This document shows positions 1-8,678 of a stretch of 58,365 bases of DNA, piece after piece. Location of the stretch: contig JAYZYW010000042.1 in the NCBI GenBank assembly GCA_036139835.1, forward strand, positions 1 through 58,365, written 5' to 3'. The stretch comes from Bacteroidota bacterium. GTDB lineage: Bacteria; Bacteroidota; Bacteroidia; Flavobacteriales; BACL11. Each line of letters starts with the position of its first letter. The stretch's first letter is position 1. The position numbers and the translations under genes were made by a program. Under the pieces are notes generated by a model, which saw only the letters and a list, made by a program, of their open reading frames with translations, had not been told where the DNA came from and did no database searches.

Positions 1-293
1 AATTACACATAAGCCGGATTCTGTTCTCCTAAGAGTGCTATCATTTATCTAGGACAATAGTTGCCTATTGCCTCAAGCTACCTACCCCTCAAGAAAAAGC
101 GAGCAGCTCTTAAATCTTGATATACATAGTATTGCACCACATAGAGTTTACCTGATTTCACTACAGCCGAACTGTACTTGCTTTCTGTTGCACTTGTCCA
201 TACCTTACGGTAGATGGGCGTTACCCATTATGTTGCTCTATGGTGTCCGGACTTTCCTCTTCAATAAATTAAAGCGATAGCATCAGTAATTAC
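1..293 (-). ncRNA. rnpB: RNase P RNA (bacterial type A); the 3' end runs off the left edge of the window and the 5' end is approximate
   Basis: The reverse complement of 245-260 reads GAGGAAAGTCCGGAC, and that of 10-24 reads ACAGAATCCGGCTTA. These are the two conserved P4 strands of bacterial RNase P RNA. AATTAC near the predicted 5' end can pair with GTAATT at the window edge (P1). A TATTTTTG -7 box at 299-306 lies about 6-7 nt upstream of the predicted 5' end. Confidence 0.85.
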
Positions 294-298
294 CTTAG

Positions 299-306
299 CA
301 AAAATA
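299..306 (-). promoter_or_regulatory. Bacteroidota -7 promoter box (TATTTTTG) for rnpB
   Basis: Exact match to TAnnTTTG on the minus strand, at the right spacing from the predicted RNase P RNA 5' end. Confidence 0.5.
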
Positions 307-350
307 GACAATAGATTTTAGATAATTAGATGCTAGAGCATTAAATTAAT

Positions 351-358
351 TACTTTTG
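351..358 (+). promoter_or_regulatory. Bacteroidota -7 promoter box (TACTTTTG) for tgt
   Basis: Exact TAnnTTTG match ending 5 nt before the tgt ATG at 364. This implies a leaderless or near-leaderless mRNA. Confidence 0.45.
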
Positions 359-363
359 CACTC

Positions 364-1494
364 ATGAAGTTTACATTATTAAAGGAAGATAAAGAGTCCA
401 AAGCAAGATTAGGAGAAATTCAAACAGCACACGGAATAATAAAGACTCCCATCTTTATGCCAGTTGGAACTGCAGGTTCCGTAAAGGGAGTGCACCAACA
501 TGAGCTTTTGGAAGACACATTAGCACAAATAATATTAGGAAATACCTACCACCTTTATTTAAGACCAGGGCTTGATATTATTGAAGGAGCTGGAGGACTT
601 CACAAATTTATAGGATGGAACAAACCGCTACTTACTGATAGCGGAGGCTATCAAGTTTATTCTTTATCCGGCACAAGAAAAATCAAAGAAAAAGGAGTTA
701 AATTTCAATCTCATATTGATGGCAGTTACCACTTTTTTACTCCTGAATATGCAATAGACATGCAAAGAACAATAGGTGCTGACATTATTATGGCTTTTGA
801 CGAATGCACCCCCTACCCTTGCAAATATGATTACGCAAAACGATCTATGAATAGGACCCACAGATGGCTAAAAAGATGTTGTGAAAGATTTGATTCTACA
901 GAAGAAAAATATGGATTTAAACAAAGTTTCTTTCCAATTGTACAAGGAAGTATTTATAAAGATTTACGCTTACAATCAGCTGAAAAAATTGCAAGTTTTG
1001 AAAGAGAAGGAAATGCAATTGGAGGGTTATCAGTTGGGGAACCCCACGACGTGATGTATGAGATGACACAAACTGTTTGTTCATTACTCCCGTGGGACAA
1101 ACCAAGATATCTTATGGGAGTAGGGACTCCTAGCAATCTTTTAGAGAATATAGCACTTGGAATTGATATGTTTGATTGTGTAATGCCAACTAGAAATGCT
1201 AGAAATGGTATGATTTTTACTTCAGAAGGAACAATTAACCTAAAAAACAAAAAGTGGGAAAATGATTACAACCCATTAGATCCTGAAGGAACTTCATTTG
1301 TAGATAGCACTTATACAAAAGCATATGTACAACATTTGTTTAAAAATAATGAACTTTTAGGAAAACAAATTTCGAGCTTACACAATATCCGCTTTTACTT
1401 ATGGTTAATGGAACAAGCACAAAAACACTTAGAGGCAAGAACCTTTACTAGTTGGAAAAATATGATGGTTAAAAAATTAGATACTCGTTTATAA
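364..1494 (+). CDS. tgt: tRNA-guanine(34) transglycosylase (queuine tRNA-ribosyltransferase)
   Basis: 376 aa. N-terminus ARLGEIQTAHGIIKTPIFMPVGT, plus LTDSGGYQV, MAFDEC and GLSVGEP motifs typical of Tgt. Confidence 0.95.
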   Translation: MKFTLLKEDKESKARLGEIQTAHGIIKTPIFMPVGTAGSVKGVHQHELLEDTLAQIILGNTYHLYLRPGLDIIEGAGGLHKFIGWNKPLLTDSGGYQVYSLSGTRKIKEKGVKFQSHIDGSYHFFTPEYAIDMQRTIGADIIMAFDECTPYPCKYDYAKRSMNRTHRWLKRCCERFDSTEEKYGFKQSFFPIVQGSIYKDLRLQSAEKIASFEREGNAIGGLSVGEPHDVMYEMTQTVCSLLPWDKPRYLMGVGTPSNLLENIALGIDMFDCVMPTRNARNGMIFTSEGTINLKNKKWENDYNPLDPEGTSFVDSTYTKAYVQHLFKNNELLGKQISSLHNIRFYLWLMEQAQKHLEARTFTSWKNMMVKKLDTRL

Positions 1495-2571
1495 ATGCAA
1501 AAAATCGACTGGTATATTATTAAAAAGTTTTTAGGCACTTTCTTTTTTACCCTTACATTAATATTGCTGATTGTCATCATTTTTGATATCTCAGAAAAAA
1601 TTGATGATTTTTTAGAGCATGAAATTAGTGTGAAATCTATTATTGTAGACTACTACTTTAATTTTATCCCTTATTTTGGAAATCTTTTTAGTCCTCTATT
1701 TATTTTTATTTCGGTTATATTTTTCACTTCAAAAATGGCTAATAATACTGAGATTATTGCGATATTAAATAGTGGAATGAGTTTTAAAAGATTACTAAGG
1801 CCATTTATGGTAGCAGCAGTTATTTTAGGAATTTTGTCTTTTGTTTTAGGCAACTTCATTATACCGCCTTCAAATACTAAGCGGATTGATTTTGAAAATA
1901 AATACTTAAAAAACAAATACTATTCAAATGCAAAAAATATCCACATGCAGATATTGCCAGGACAGTATATTTATATGGAAAGTTTCAACTCGAAAAGAGA
2001 GATTGGCTATAAATTTACTTTGGAGAATTTTAATGATGGAAAACTTATTTCAAAATTGAAATCGGACTATATCCAATTTGATAGCATTAGCCAAAAATGG
2101 CAAGTAAACAACTATAAGATAAGAAGATTTTTAAATAACAGTGAAAGCATTACTCAAGGCAAAAAATTAGACACTACACTCAACTTGCATCCTAAAGAAT
2201 TTACAAAAAGAATAAGCCTTGTAGAGACGATGAACATGTTTGAACTAAATAATTATATTACTGAAGAAGAACTAAAAGGAAGTGAGCAATTGGTGTATCA
2301 CAAGATTGAAAAACACAAGAGAACTGCTTTTCCTTTTGCATCTATAATACTTACCCTAATTGCTGTAGCTATCGCAAGCAAGAAAATAAAAGGAGGAATT
2401 GGCATTCATTTAGGAATTGGAATTTTAATTACCTTTACTTACATCCTATTTATGCAAGTAAGCACCACTTTCGCTACAAATAGTAATCTAGCTCCTGCAC
2501 TAGCTGTTTGGATCCCTAACCTATGTTATATAGTCTTAGCTGGCGTTTTGCTTTACAAAGTCCCAAAGTAA
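1495..2571 (+). CDS. LptF/LptG (YjgP/YjgQ) family LPS export permease
   Basis: 358 aa. N-terminus IDWYIIKKFLGTFFFTLTLILLIVIIFD, a periplasmic middle domain and C-terminal TM helices. The ATG directly follows the tgt stop. Confidence 0.85.
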   Translation: MQKIDWYIIKKFLGTFFFTLTLILLIVIIFDISEKIDDFLEHEISVKSIIVDYYFNFIPYFGNLFSPLFIFISVIFFTSKMANNTEIIAILNSGMSFKRLLRPFMVAAVILGILSFVLGNFIIPPSNTKRIDFENKYLKNKYYSNAKNIHMQILPGQYIYMESFNSKREIGYKFTLENFNDGKLISKLKSDYIQFDSISQKWQVNNYKIRRFLNNSESITQGKKLDTTLNLHPKEFTKRISLVETMNMFELNNYITEEELKGSEQLVYHKIEKHKRTAFPFASIILTLIAVAIASKKIKGGIGIHLGIGILITFTYILFMQVSTTFATNSNLAPALAVWIPNLCYIVLAGVLLYKVPK

Positions 2572-2581
2572 ATTTTTAAGC

Positions 2582-4273
2582 TTAATCTCTCTTTAGTTTA
2601 CGATACTTGATACGCTTAGGAGAGATATCACCCAAACGTTTCTTGCGATTTTCTTCATAATCAGAATAACCACCTTCAAAATACACTATATTACTATCAC
2701 CTTCAAAGGCCAAAATATGCGTACAAACTCTGTCCAAAAACCATCTATCGTGTGAAATAATCACAACACAACCTGCAAAATTATCTAATCCTTCCTCCAA
2801 TGCTCTTAATGTATTTACATCTAAATCATTAGTTGGCTCATCTAATAAAAGCACATTTGCCTCTTGCCTTAAAGTCATGGCTAAGTGCAGACGATTACGC
2901 TCCCCACCTGAGAGCACACCCACTTTTTTATTTTGATCGGAACCATTAAAGTTAAATTTAGCTACATAAGCCCTAGAATTCATCAATTTCCCACCAATAC
3001 TTACTTGTTCCTGTCCTCCTGTAATTTGCTGCCAAATTGTTTTTTCCATATCAATATCAGCATGTTGCTGATCTACATACGCAATCTTTACAGTCTCTCC
3101 TACTTTAAATGTGCCAGTATCTGCAGTTTCTTGCTCCATAATCATACGGAACAAAGTTGTTTTTCCTGCCCCATTTGGTCCTATAATACCCACAATACCA
3201 GCTGGAGGTAATGTGAATTCTAGATTTTCATATAACAATTTATCGCCAAATGCTTTACTTACGCCTTTTGCATCAATTACATGACTTCCCAATCTTGGCC
3301 CTGGAGGAATATATAATTCAATCTTATCCTCTTTCTGTTTCCCTTCATCACCTAGTAATTTTTCATAATTACTCAAACGAGATTTTGATTTTGTACGTCT
3401 TCCTTTTGGTGACATTCGTACCCATTCCAACTCTCTTTCAAGCGTTTTTCTTCTTTTACTTTCAGTCTTTTCCTCTTGAGCTAATCTTTTTGTTTTCTGT
3501 TCAAGCCATGATGAATAATTCCCTTTCCAAGGAATTCCTTCTCCTCTATCTAATTCTAGAATCCAACCAGCAACATTATCTAAAAAATATCTATCGTGGG
3601 TAATAGCAATTACAGTTCCTTTATATTCTGAAAGGTGTTGTTCTAACCATAATACAGATTCTGCATCCAAATGGTTTGTTGGCTCATCTAATAATAAAAT
3701 TTCTGGTTCTTGTAATAACAAACGACAAAGTGCAACCCTTCTTCTTTCTCCTCCTGAAAGCACTGAAATTTGAGTGCCTGGTTCTGGACATCTTAAAGCA
3801 TCCATTGCTATATTTAGTTTGGTATCAATATCCCAAGCACCAAGAGCTTCAATTTTATCTTGAAGTACGCCTTGCTCTTTCATTAACTTTTCCATCTTAT
3901 CAGCATTCTCATAATTCTCAGGCAATTCAAAAGCAGCATTTATAACATTATACTCTTCTAAAGTATCGACAGCTTCTCGCATTCCTTCTTTTACAATATC
4001 CATAACCGTTTTGCTATCATCTAGTTTAGGTTCCTGCTCCAAGTATCCAACTTTATAGCCATCTGAAAAAGTAATATTTCCCTGATAAGATTTCTCTACA
4101 CCTGCAATTATTTTTAAAAGTGTTGATTTACCCGAACCATTAAGCCCTATAATTCCAATCTTAGCCCCATAGAAAAAGGATAGATAAATATCCTTTAATA
4201 CTTGGTTATTATTATTGTTAAAGGACTTAGAAAGTCCAGTCATTGAAAAAATTATTTTCTTATCATCTGACAT
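2582..4273 (-). CDS. ettA: ABC-F ATPase, energy-dependent translational throttle EttA
   Basis: 563 aa. Two ABC cassettes (GLNGSGKST, GPNGAGKTT; LSGGERRRVALCRLLL, LSGGERNRLHL). It aligns end to end with E. coli EttA as I remember it (ITHDRYFLDNVAGWILELDRGEGIPW.GNYSSWLEQK). Confidence 0.92.
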   Translation of the reverse strand: MSDDKKIIFSMTGLSKSFNNNNNQVLKDIYLSFFYGAKIGIIGLNGSGKSTLLKIIAGVEKSYQGNITFSDGYKVGYLEQEPKLDDSKTVMDIVKEGMREAVDTLEEYNVINAAFELPENYENADKMEKLMKEQGVLQDKIEALGAWDIDTKLNIAMDALRCPEPGTQISVLSGGERRRVALCRLLLQEPEILLLDEPTNHLDAESVLWLEQHLSEYKGTVIAITHDRYFLDNVAGWILELDRGEGIPWKGNYSSWLEQKTKRLAQEEKTESKRRKTLERELEWVRMSPKGRRTKSKSRLSNYEKLLGDEGKQKEDKIELYIPPGPRLGSHVIDAKGVSKAFGDKLLYENLEFTLPPAGIVGIIGPNGAGKTTLFRMIMEQETADTGTFKVGETVKIAYVDQQHADIDMEKTIWQQITGGQEQVSIGGKLMNSRAYVAKFNFNGSDQNKKVGVLSGGERNRLHLAMTLRQEANVLLLDEPTNDLDVNTLRALEEGLDNFAGCVVIISHDRWFLDRVCTHILAFEGDSNIVYFEGGYSDYEENRKKRLGDISPKRIKYRKLKRD

Positions 4274-4294
4274 ATTTTGTTATTTTTAGCGTTA

Positions 4295-4302
4295 CAAAAA
4301 TA
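4295..4302 (-). promoter_or_regulatory. -7 promoter box (TATTTTTG) for ettA
   Basis: Exact TAnnTTTG match on the minus strand, 21 nt upstream of the ettA ATG. Confidence 0.45.
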
Positions 4303-4329
4303 GTTATTAAAATTTTTAAAATCTAAAAG

Positions 4330-4497
4330 ATGAAAAAAAGTATCGGAATCTCTATATTATTAATTATTACAGGTATTGTTTTCCTATTAGATAATCTAGG
4401 CTATGTTGACATTTCAGTGGCAGATCTTATTAGAACATATTGGCCTATAATTTTAATTTGGATGGGAATTGAAAAGTTAATGAGAGATTTGAAATAA
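4330..4497 (+). CDS. Small two-TM membrane protein (55 aa), resembling the LiaF-N-terminal/DUF5668-type domain; not in the supplied ORF track
   Basis: Hand translation: MKKSIGISILLIITGIVFLLDNLGYVDISVADLIRTYWPIILIWMGIEKLMRDLK*. It has two hydrophobic helices, and the WPIILI..G motif is typical of this small-protein family. Its 3' end overlaps the convergent radical SAM gene by 21 nt. I found no clear -7 box. Confidence 0.5.
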   Translation: MKKSIGISILLIITGIVFLLDNLGYVDISVADLIRTYWPIILIWMGIEKLMRDLK

Positions 4498-5412
4498 TTT
4501 TCCCTGAAAAGCATTTCTTTCCTCTAAACGCTTTTCAACTAAATGCTTGACTTCAAAATTCTTTAAGCCATATTTTGGATGAATCAACATACTAGCTGGG
4601 GACTCACTAAAAAATCTTTCTAAAATAATATTTGGATTTAATAACTCGATAAAATCTACAACTAAATCTATATACTCTTCTAGTTGCATAAATGAAAACA
4701 TTTCAGGAGTGTTTTTAAATTGATGAGCCATCATAGTGTATTTTACAATTTGCAGATGATGAACTTTTAATGTATTTATAGGTAAATCAGAAACTTTACA
4801 CGCATGTTCTAGCATATCCTCTTTTGTTTCTCCTGGCAGCCCTAAAATTAAATGCCCTCCCAAATGAAGACCTCTACCATCTGCTCTTTTAAATGCATCA
4901 ATTGCATCCTCATGAGTCTGACATCTATTTATAGTTTTAAGAGTTTGATTATTTGTCGATTCTAATCCAAATTCTAACTTTATAAAATATCCTTTATTTA
5001 CCAATCGCTGCAAATAATCCAACACATCATCTTTAATACAATCTGGACGGGTAGCAATAACTAAACCTATAACGTCTTCATGTTCCAATGCCTCTTTATA
5101 CATTTTTTTTAAATCATTAAGTGGAGCATAAGTATTTGTATATGCTTGAAAATATGCTAAATATTTTTGTGCTTTATACTTTTTGGAAAAAAATGCTATC
5201 CCCTCATCAATCTGTACTTTTATCGGCTTAATTGGTTTGCAATAATCAGGATTAAAGGTGTTGTTATTACAATAGGTGCAACCACCTACTCCTTTACTTC
5301 CATCTTTATTTGGGCATGTAAAACCAGCATTTATACATACTTTTTGTACTCTAGATCCAAATTTCTTCTTAATGAATGATGTAAAATCCTTATACCTTCT
5401 ACTATTTTCCAT
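4477..5412 (-). CDS. Radical SAM protein, TIGR01212 (YtqA-like) family
   Basis: 311 aa. N-terminal FTCPNKDGSKGVGGCTYCNN cysteine cluster and the overall length are typical of this family. Confidence 0.85.
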   Translation of the reverse strand: MENSRRYKDFTSFIKKKFGSRVQKVCINAGFTCPNKDGSKGVGGCTYCNNNTFNPDYCKPIKPIKVQIDEGIAFFSKKYKAQKYLAYFQAYTNTYAPLNDLKKMYKEALEHEDVIGLVIATRPDCIKDDVLDYLQRLVNKGYFIKLEFGLESTNNQTLKTINRCQTHEDAIDAFKRADGRGLHLGGHLILGLPGETKEDMLEHACKVSDLPINTLKVHHLQIVKYTMMAHQFKNTPEMFSFMQLEEYIDLVVDFIELLNPNIILERFFSESPASMLIHPKYGLKNFEVKHLVEKRLEERNAFQGKLFQISH

Positions 5413-5416
5413 ATTG

Positions 5417-5424
5417 CAAAAATA
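5417..5424 (-). promoter_or_regulatory. -7 promoter box (TATTTTTG) for the radical SAM gene
   Basis: Exact TAnnTTTG match ending 4 nt upstream of the ATG at 5412 (leaderless-type arrangement). Confidence 0.45.
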
Positions 5425-5478
5425 CTAGAATACTAATAACAAATCATCTAAGTTTTCCGTATTAAAGAAAATAATCTT

Positions 5479-5486
5479 TAAATTTG
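5479..5486 (+). promoter_or_regulatory. -7 promoter box (TAAATTTG) for the 5504 ORF
   Basis: Exact TAnnTTTG match 17 nt upstream of the ATG at 5504. Confidence 0.4.
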
Positions 5487-5503
5487 CTGCAGTAACTTAA
5501 TAA

Positions 5504-5719
5504 ATGTCAGAAAAAAAAACATCCTCCTTAGAAAAAATTGGTTATATAAAAACATTACCTAAGGATGCTGATATTAATGATTATGAGAATCTTTTAATTA
5601 CAGAAAAAGATGGCAAGAAAATTACTCTTTACAGGTTATTATCAGAAAGAGAAGAGTTTGACGATACAGGTAATTTCAGTAATAGTTGGAATGTATTTAA
5701 TTCTTATCTGAATTCATAA
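5504..5719 (+). CDS. Hypothetical small acidic protein (71 aa)
   Basis: ORF with its own -7 box and no recognisable motif. Its 3' end overlaps the convergent 5697-5921 gene by 23 nt. Confidence 0.4.
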   Translation: MSEKKTSSLEKIGYIKTLPKDADINDYENLLITEKDGKKITLYRLLSEREEFDDTGNFSNSWNVFNSYLNS

Positions 5720-5921
5720 AATTCTTTCTGCTTTGCAAAATATCATTTAATTTACTAATCTGATCACTAGTACTATGCTCAAAACACCAAGGGAATACAG
5801 CATGAATAAATACTCGTACAGCTATCAATATTAATTTGACTCCAAAACCAAAAGCTTTTACAAAATGCTGCAAATAAGTTTCTCCTATAGAATTTGGGTG
5901 CTGTTTAAAAATATTCTTCAT
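5697..5921 (-). CDS. Small membrane protein, DUF6356-like
   Basis: 74 aa. The N-terminus FKQHPNSIGETYLQHFVKAFGFG...IHAVFPW matches the pattern I recall for DUF6356. It is separated from the stop of the upstream MBL-fold gene (5923-6765) by 1 nt. Confidence 0.55.
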   Translation of the reverse strand: MKNIFKQHPNSIGETYLQHFVKAFGFGVKLILIAVRVFIHAVFPWCFEHSTSDQISKLNDILQSRKNFMNSDKN

Positions 5922-5922
5922 T

Positions 5923-6765
5923 TTATAAAATCTCTGTTAGTTTAAAAGTGTCTTTTAATCTCACTCCTCTATCAGTTTGCTTAACAGTGCAACATTCACT
6001 ATAATTATCATGTTGCAAAAATAGAATGTATTCTTGTTCTACAGCATTTTTTAGGAACTTTTCTTTTTCTGTTAAAGTAAGTAATGGTCTAGTATCATAA
6101 GCCATGATATAAGGCAAAGGTATATGTCCTATACTTGGTAATAGATCGGCTGCAAACACTATTGTCTTCCCTTTATAATTTATATGAGGAATCATCTGTC
6201 CTTCAGTATGTCCATTTACAAAAATTGCATCAAAATTATTGAATATATTTTTCTCATTTTCTACAAAATTTAGATGGCCAGATTCTTGTATTGGGATGAT
6301 ATTCTCTCTTAAAAAAGAAGCTTTTTCTCGATTATTTGGTTCAGTAGCCCACTTCCAATGATCCGCATTACTCCAATACTTGGCATTCTTAAAAGCCATT
6401 TCCAAACCACTTCTATCTTTATTCCATTTTACACTACCTCCACAATGATCAAAATGTAAATGGGTAAGAAATACATCCGTTACATCATCAGCTGAAAAAC
6501 CATGTTTTGCTAAAGATGAATGTAAATTTACATTCCCATGCAAATAATAATGTCTTAGAAATTTATCATCTTGCTTATCGCCTATTCCGTTATCAATTAA
6601 AATAAGTCTATCGCCATCTTCAATTAAAAGTGAACGCATAGCCCAGGAACATAAATTATTCTCATCAGCGGGATTGGTTCTACTCCAAATTACTTTTGGA
6701 ACGGCTCCAAACATTCCTCCTCCGTCTAATTTAAAAAATCCTGTATCTATTGTATACAATTGCAT
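5923..6765 (-). CDS. MBL-fold metallo-hydrolase
   Basis: 280 aa. HxHxDH motif (THLHFDHCGG) and downstream His/Asp ligands. Confidence 0.85.
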   Translation of the reverse strand: MQLYTIDTGFFKLDGGGMFGAVPKVIWSRTNPADENNLCSWAMRSLLIEDGDRLILIDNGIGDKQDDKFLRHYYLHGNVNLHSSLAKHGFSADDVTDVFLTHLHFDHCGGSVKWNKDRSGLEMAFKNAKYWSNADHWKWATEPNNREKASFLRENIIPIQESGHLNFVENEKNIFNNFDAIFVNGHTEGQMIPHINYKGKTIVFAADLLPSIGHIPLPYIMAYDTRPLLTLTEKEKFLKNAVEQEYILFLQHDNYSECCTVKQTDRGVRLKDTFKLTEIL

Positions 6766-6785
6766 GTTAGTAAATTTTGGCTTTT

Positions 6786-6793
6786 CAAAAATA
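6786..6793 (-). promoter_or_regulatory. -7 promoter box (TATTTTTG) for the MBL-fold hydrolase operon
   Basis: Exact TAnnTTTG match on the minus strand, 20 nt upstream of the ATG at 6765. Confidence 0.4.
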
Positions 6794-6841
6794 ACAATTA
6801 CTATTAATTTCTACTTTTAATTTCAGATAAATTTCTCCAAA

Positions 6842-8179
6842 ATGAAGATACATTTGATTGCAATTGGCGGAAGTGCAATGCATAACATGGCTTTAGCTCT
6901 TCACCATAAAGGATTTCATATTACAGGAAGTGATGATGCCATTTTTAGCCCAAGTAAAGAACGCTTAGCAAAATATAATTTACTACCAAATAAAATAGGA
7001 TGGGATCCTTCTAAAATTACTTCTGATTTAGATGCAATTATTCTAGGAATGCACGCAAGAGAAGATAATCCAGAATTAAAAAAAGCCAGAAAATTAAGTA
7101 TTCCTATTTTTTCTTATCCTGAATATATTTATGAGCAAAGTAAAAATAAAAAGCGAATTGTAATAGGAGGTAGCCATGGAAAGACTTCCATTACTGCAAT
7201 GATTTTACATGTGCTTGAAAATTTAAATATTGATTGTGATTTTATGGTTGGTGCACAATTGGAAGGATTTGATACTATGGTGAAATTAACTCATGATGCT
7301 CCTATCATAATATTAGAAGGCGACGAATACTTAAGCTCCCCAATTGATAGAAGACCAAAATTTCATTTATACCAACCAGATATAGCTGTGATTAGTGGCA
7401 TTTCTTGGGATCATGTCAATGTATTTCCAACTTTTGATATATATGTAAATCAGTTTCGAATCTTTAAAAATATGGTGAAAGAGGCACTAATTTATTGCTC
7501 AGAAGATGAGGAATTAAACAAACTTGCAAAAGAAAATACTAAATGTAAATTAATTGCTTATTCAACACCTAAACACACAATAAAAGAGGGAATAACATCA
7601 TTAGAAGACACAGAACTTTTAATATTCGGAAATCATAACTTGCAAAATTTAAATGCTGCGAAACTAGTATGTAATGAGATTGGCGTTTCAGATAAAGATT
7701 TCTATAAAAAAATATCAACTTTCAAAGGTGCCTCAAATAGGCTAGAATTAGTAAAAAGCACGGAAACTTCTGCAATTTACAAGGATTTTGCTCACTCCCC
7801 GTCTAAGTTAAAAGCAACATCTGCAGCAATGAAAAAGCAGTTTTCCAATAGAAAATTAGTAGCTTGTATGGAACTTCATACTTTCAGTAGTTTAAATGAA
7901 AAATTTCTAAAACAATACAAAAGATCTATGAATGAGCCAGATACTGCAATTATTTATTTTAACCCTAAAGCGATTGCCCATAAAAACTTAGAAGCAATTA
8001 CAAAAGAGCAAGTGCATAATGCTTTTGGGCGTGAAGATTTACTAGTATTTACTGACTCAACAAAATTAGAGAAGCATTTAAAAATGCTAAATTGGAAAAA
8101 TCAAAATCTCCTAATGATGAGTTCGGGAAATTTCAACAAAATAGATTTCAATACTTTAAATATAACCCATTTCTCATAA
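6842..8179 (+). CDS. mpl: Mur ligase family protein, Mpl-like (UDP-N-acetylmuramate:L-Ala-D-Glu-mDAP ligase, peptidoglycan recycling)
   Basis: 445 aa. N-terminus IHLIAIGGSAMHNMALALHHKGFHITGSDD, the GSHGKTS P-loop, and a length and architecture like Mpl rather than a MurC from a dcw cluster. Confidence 0.75.
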   Translation: MKIHLIAIGGSAMHNMALALHHKGFHITGSDDAIFSPSKERLAKYNLLPNKIGWDPSKITSDLDAIILGMHAREDNPELKKARKLSIPIFSYPEYIYEQSKNKKRIVIGGSHGKTSITAMILHVLENLNIDCDFMVGAQLEGFDTMVKLTHDAPIIILEGDEYLSSPIDRRPKFHLYQPDIAVISGISWDHVNVFPTFDIYVNQFRIFKNMVKEALIYCSEDEELNKLAKENTKCKLIAYSTPKHTIKEGITSLEDTELLIFGNHNLQNLNAAKLVCNEIGVSDKDFYKKISTFKGASNRLELVKSTETSAIYKDFAHSPSKLKATSAAMKKQFSNRKLVACMELHTFSSLNEKFLKQYKRSMNEPDTAIIYFNPKAIAHKNLEAITKEQVHNAFGREDLLVFTDSTKLEKHLKMLNWKNQNLLMMSSGNFNKIDFNTLNITHFS

Positions 8180-8193
8180 AAAATCTATCCCAT

Positions 8194-8565
8194 TTAATAC
8201 AGACCAGCACTAAGAGCAGCTCCAACTATCACAAGAACAATTAACACAAGAAGAACCTGAATAATACCAAGAATTAGTCCAGTAATAGCCATCCCCCTTC
8301 CTTCATTTTTTAAGCCAAGTGCTCCAAAAACAATCGCTAATGGGCCTAGTAAAAATGGCAAAAAGAAGAATCCAAGAATCCCACAACACAAAGCAGCTAT
8401 ACCCATACCAGGGCCACCTCTTCTTATAGGAGCTTCAAATGTTAAATCTGAATTATCTACAACAGAATATTGTACTGTTTTTCCATTTTCTGTAACAGGG
8501 AAGGAAGCATAAGAAATAGAACTTAATGTAAATAATAGAAATAATAAAAATGCTATTTTTTTCAT
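8194..8565 (-). CDS. DUF4190-like membrane protein with signal peptide
   Basis: 123 aa. GIAALCCGILGFFFLPFLLGPLAIVFGALGLK followed by GLILGIIQVLLVL, typical of DUF4190. Confidence 0.65.
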   Translation of the reverse strand: MKKIAFLLFLLFTLSSISYASFPVTENGKTVQYSVVDNSDLTFEAPIRRGGPGMGIAALCCGILGFFFLPFLLGPLAIVFGALGLKNEGRGMAITGLILGIIQVLLVLIVLVIVGAALSAGLY

Positions 8566-8666
8566 ATTATATATTTAAAAGATTAATATATACAATAATA
8601 TCAAAATTAACCTAATAATTAAATATAATATAGTCTTTTTTTTATTAACAATTCCATTTATGTTAC

Positions 8667-8674
8667 TAATTTTG
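8667..8674 (+). promoter_or_regulatory. -7 promoter box (TAATTTTG)
   Basis: Exact TAnnTTTG match ending 4 nt before the ATG at 8679. Confidence 0.4.
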
Positions 8675-8678
8675 TTGT

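Noticed and set aside
68-280. 70-aa plus-strand ORF at the left edge
   Set aside because: It lies entirely within, and antisense to, the RNase P RNA gene. It has no promoter box or coding-like composition.
2933-3945. Three plus-strand ORFs (92, 117 and 89 aa) inside ettA
   Set aside because: They are antisense shadows of a highly conserved ABC-F gene. AT-rich genomes produce long stop-free antisense frames.
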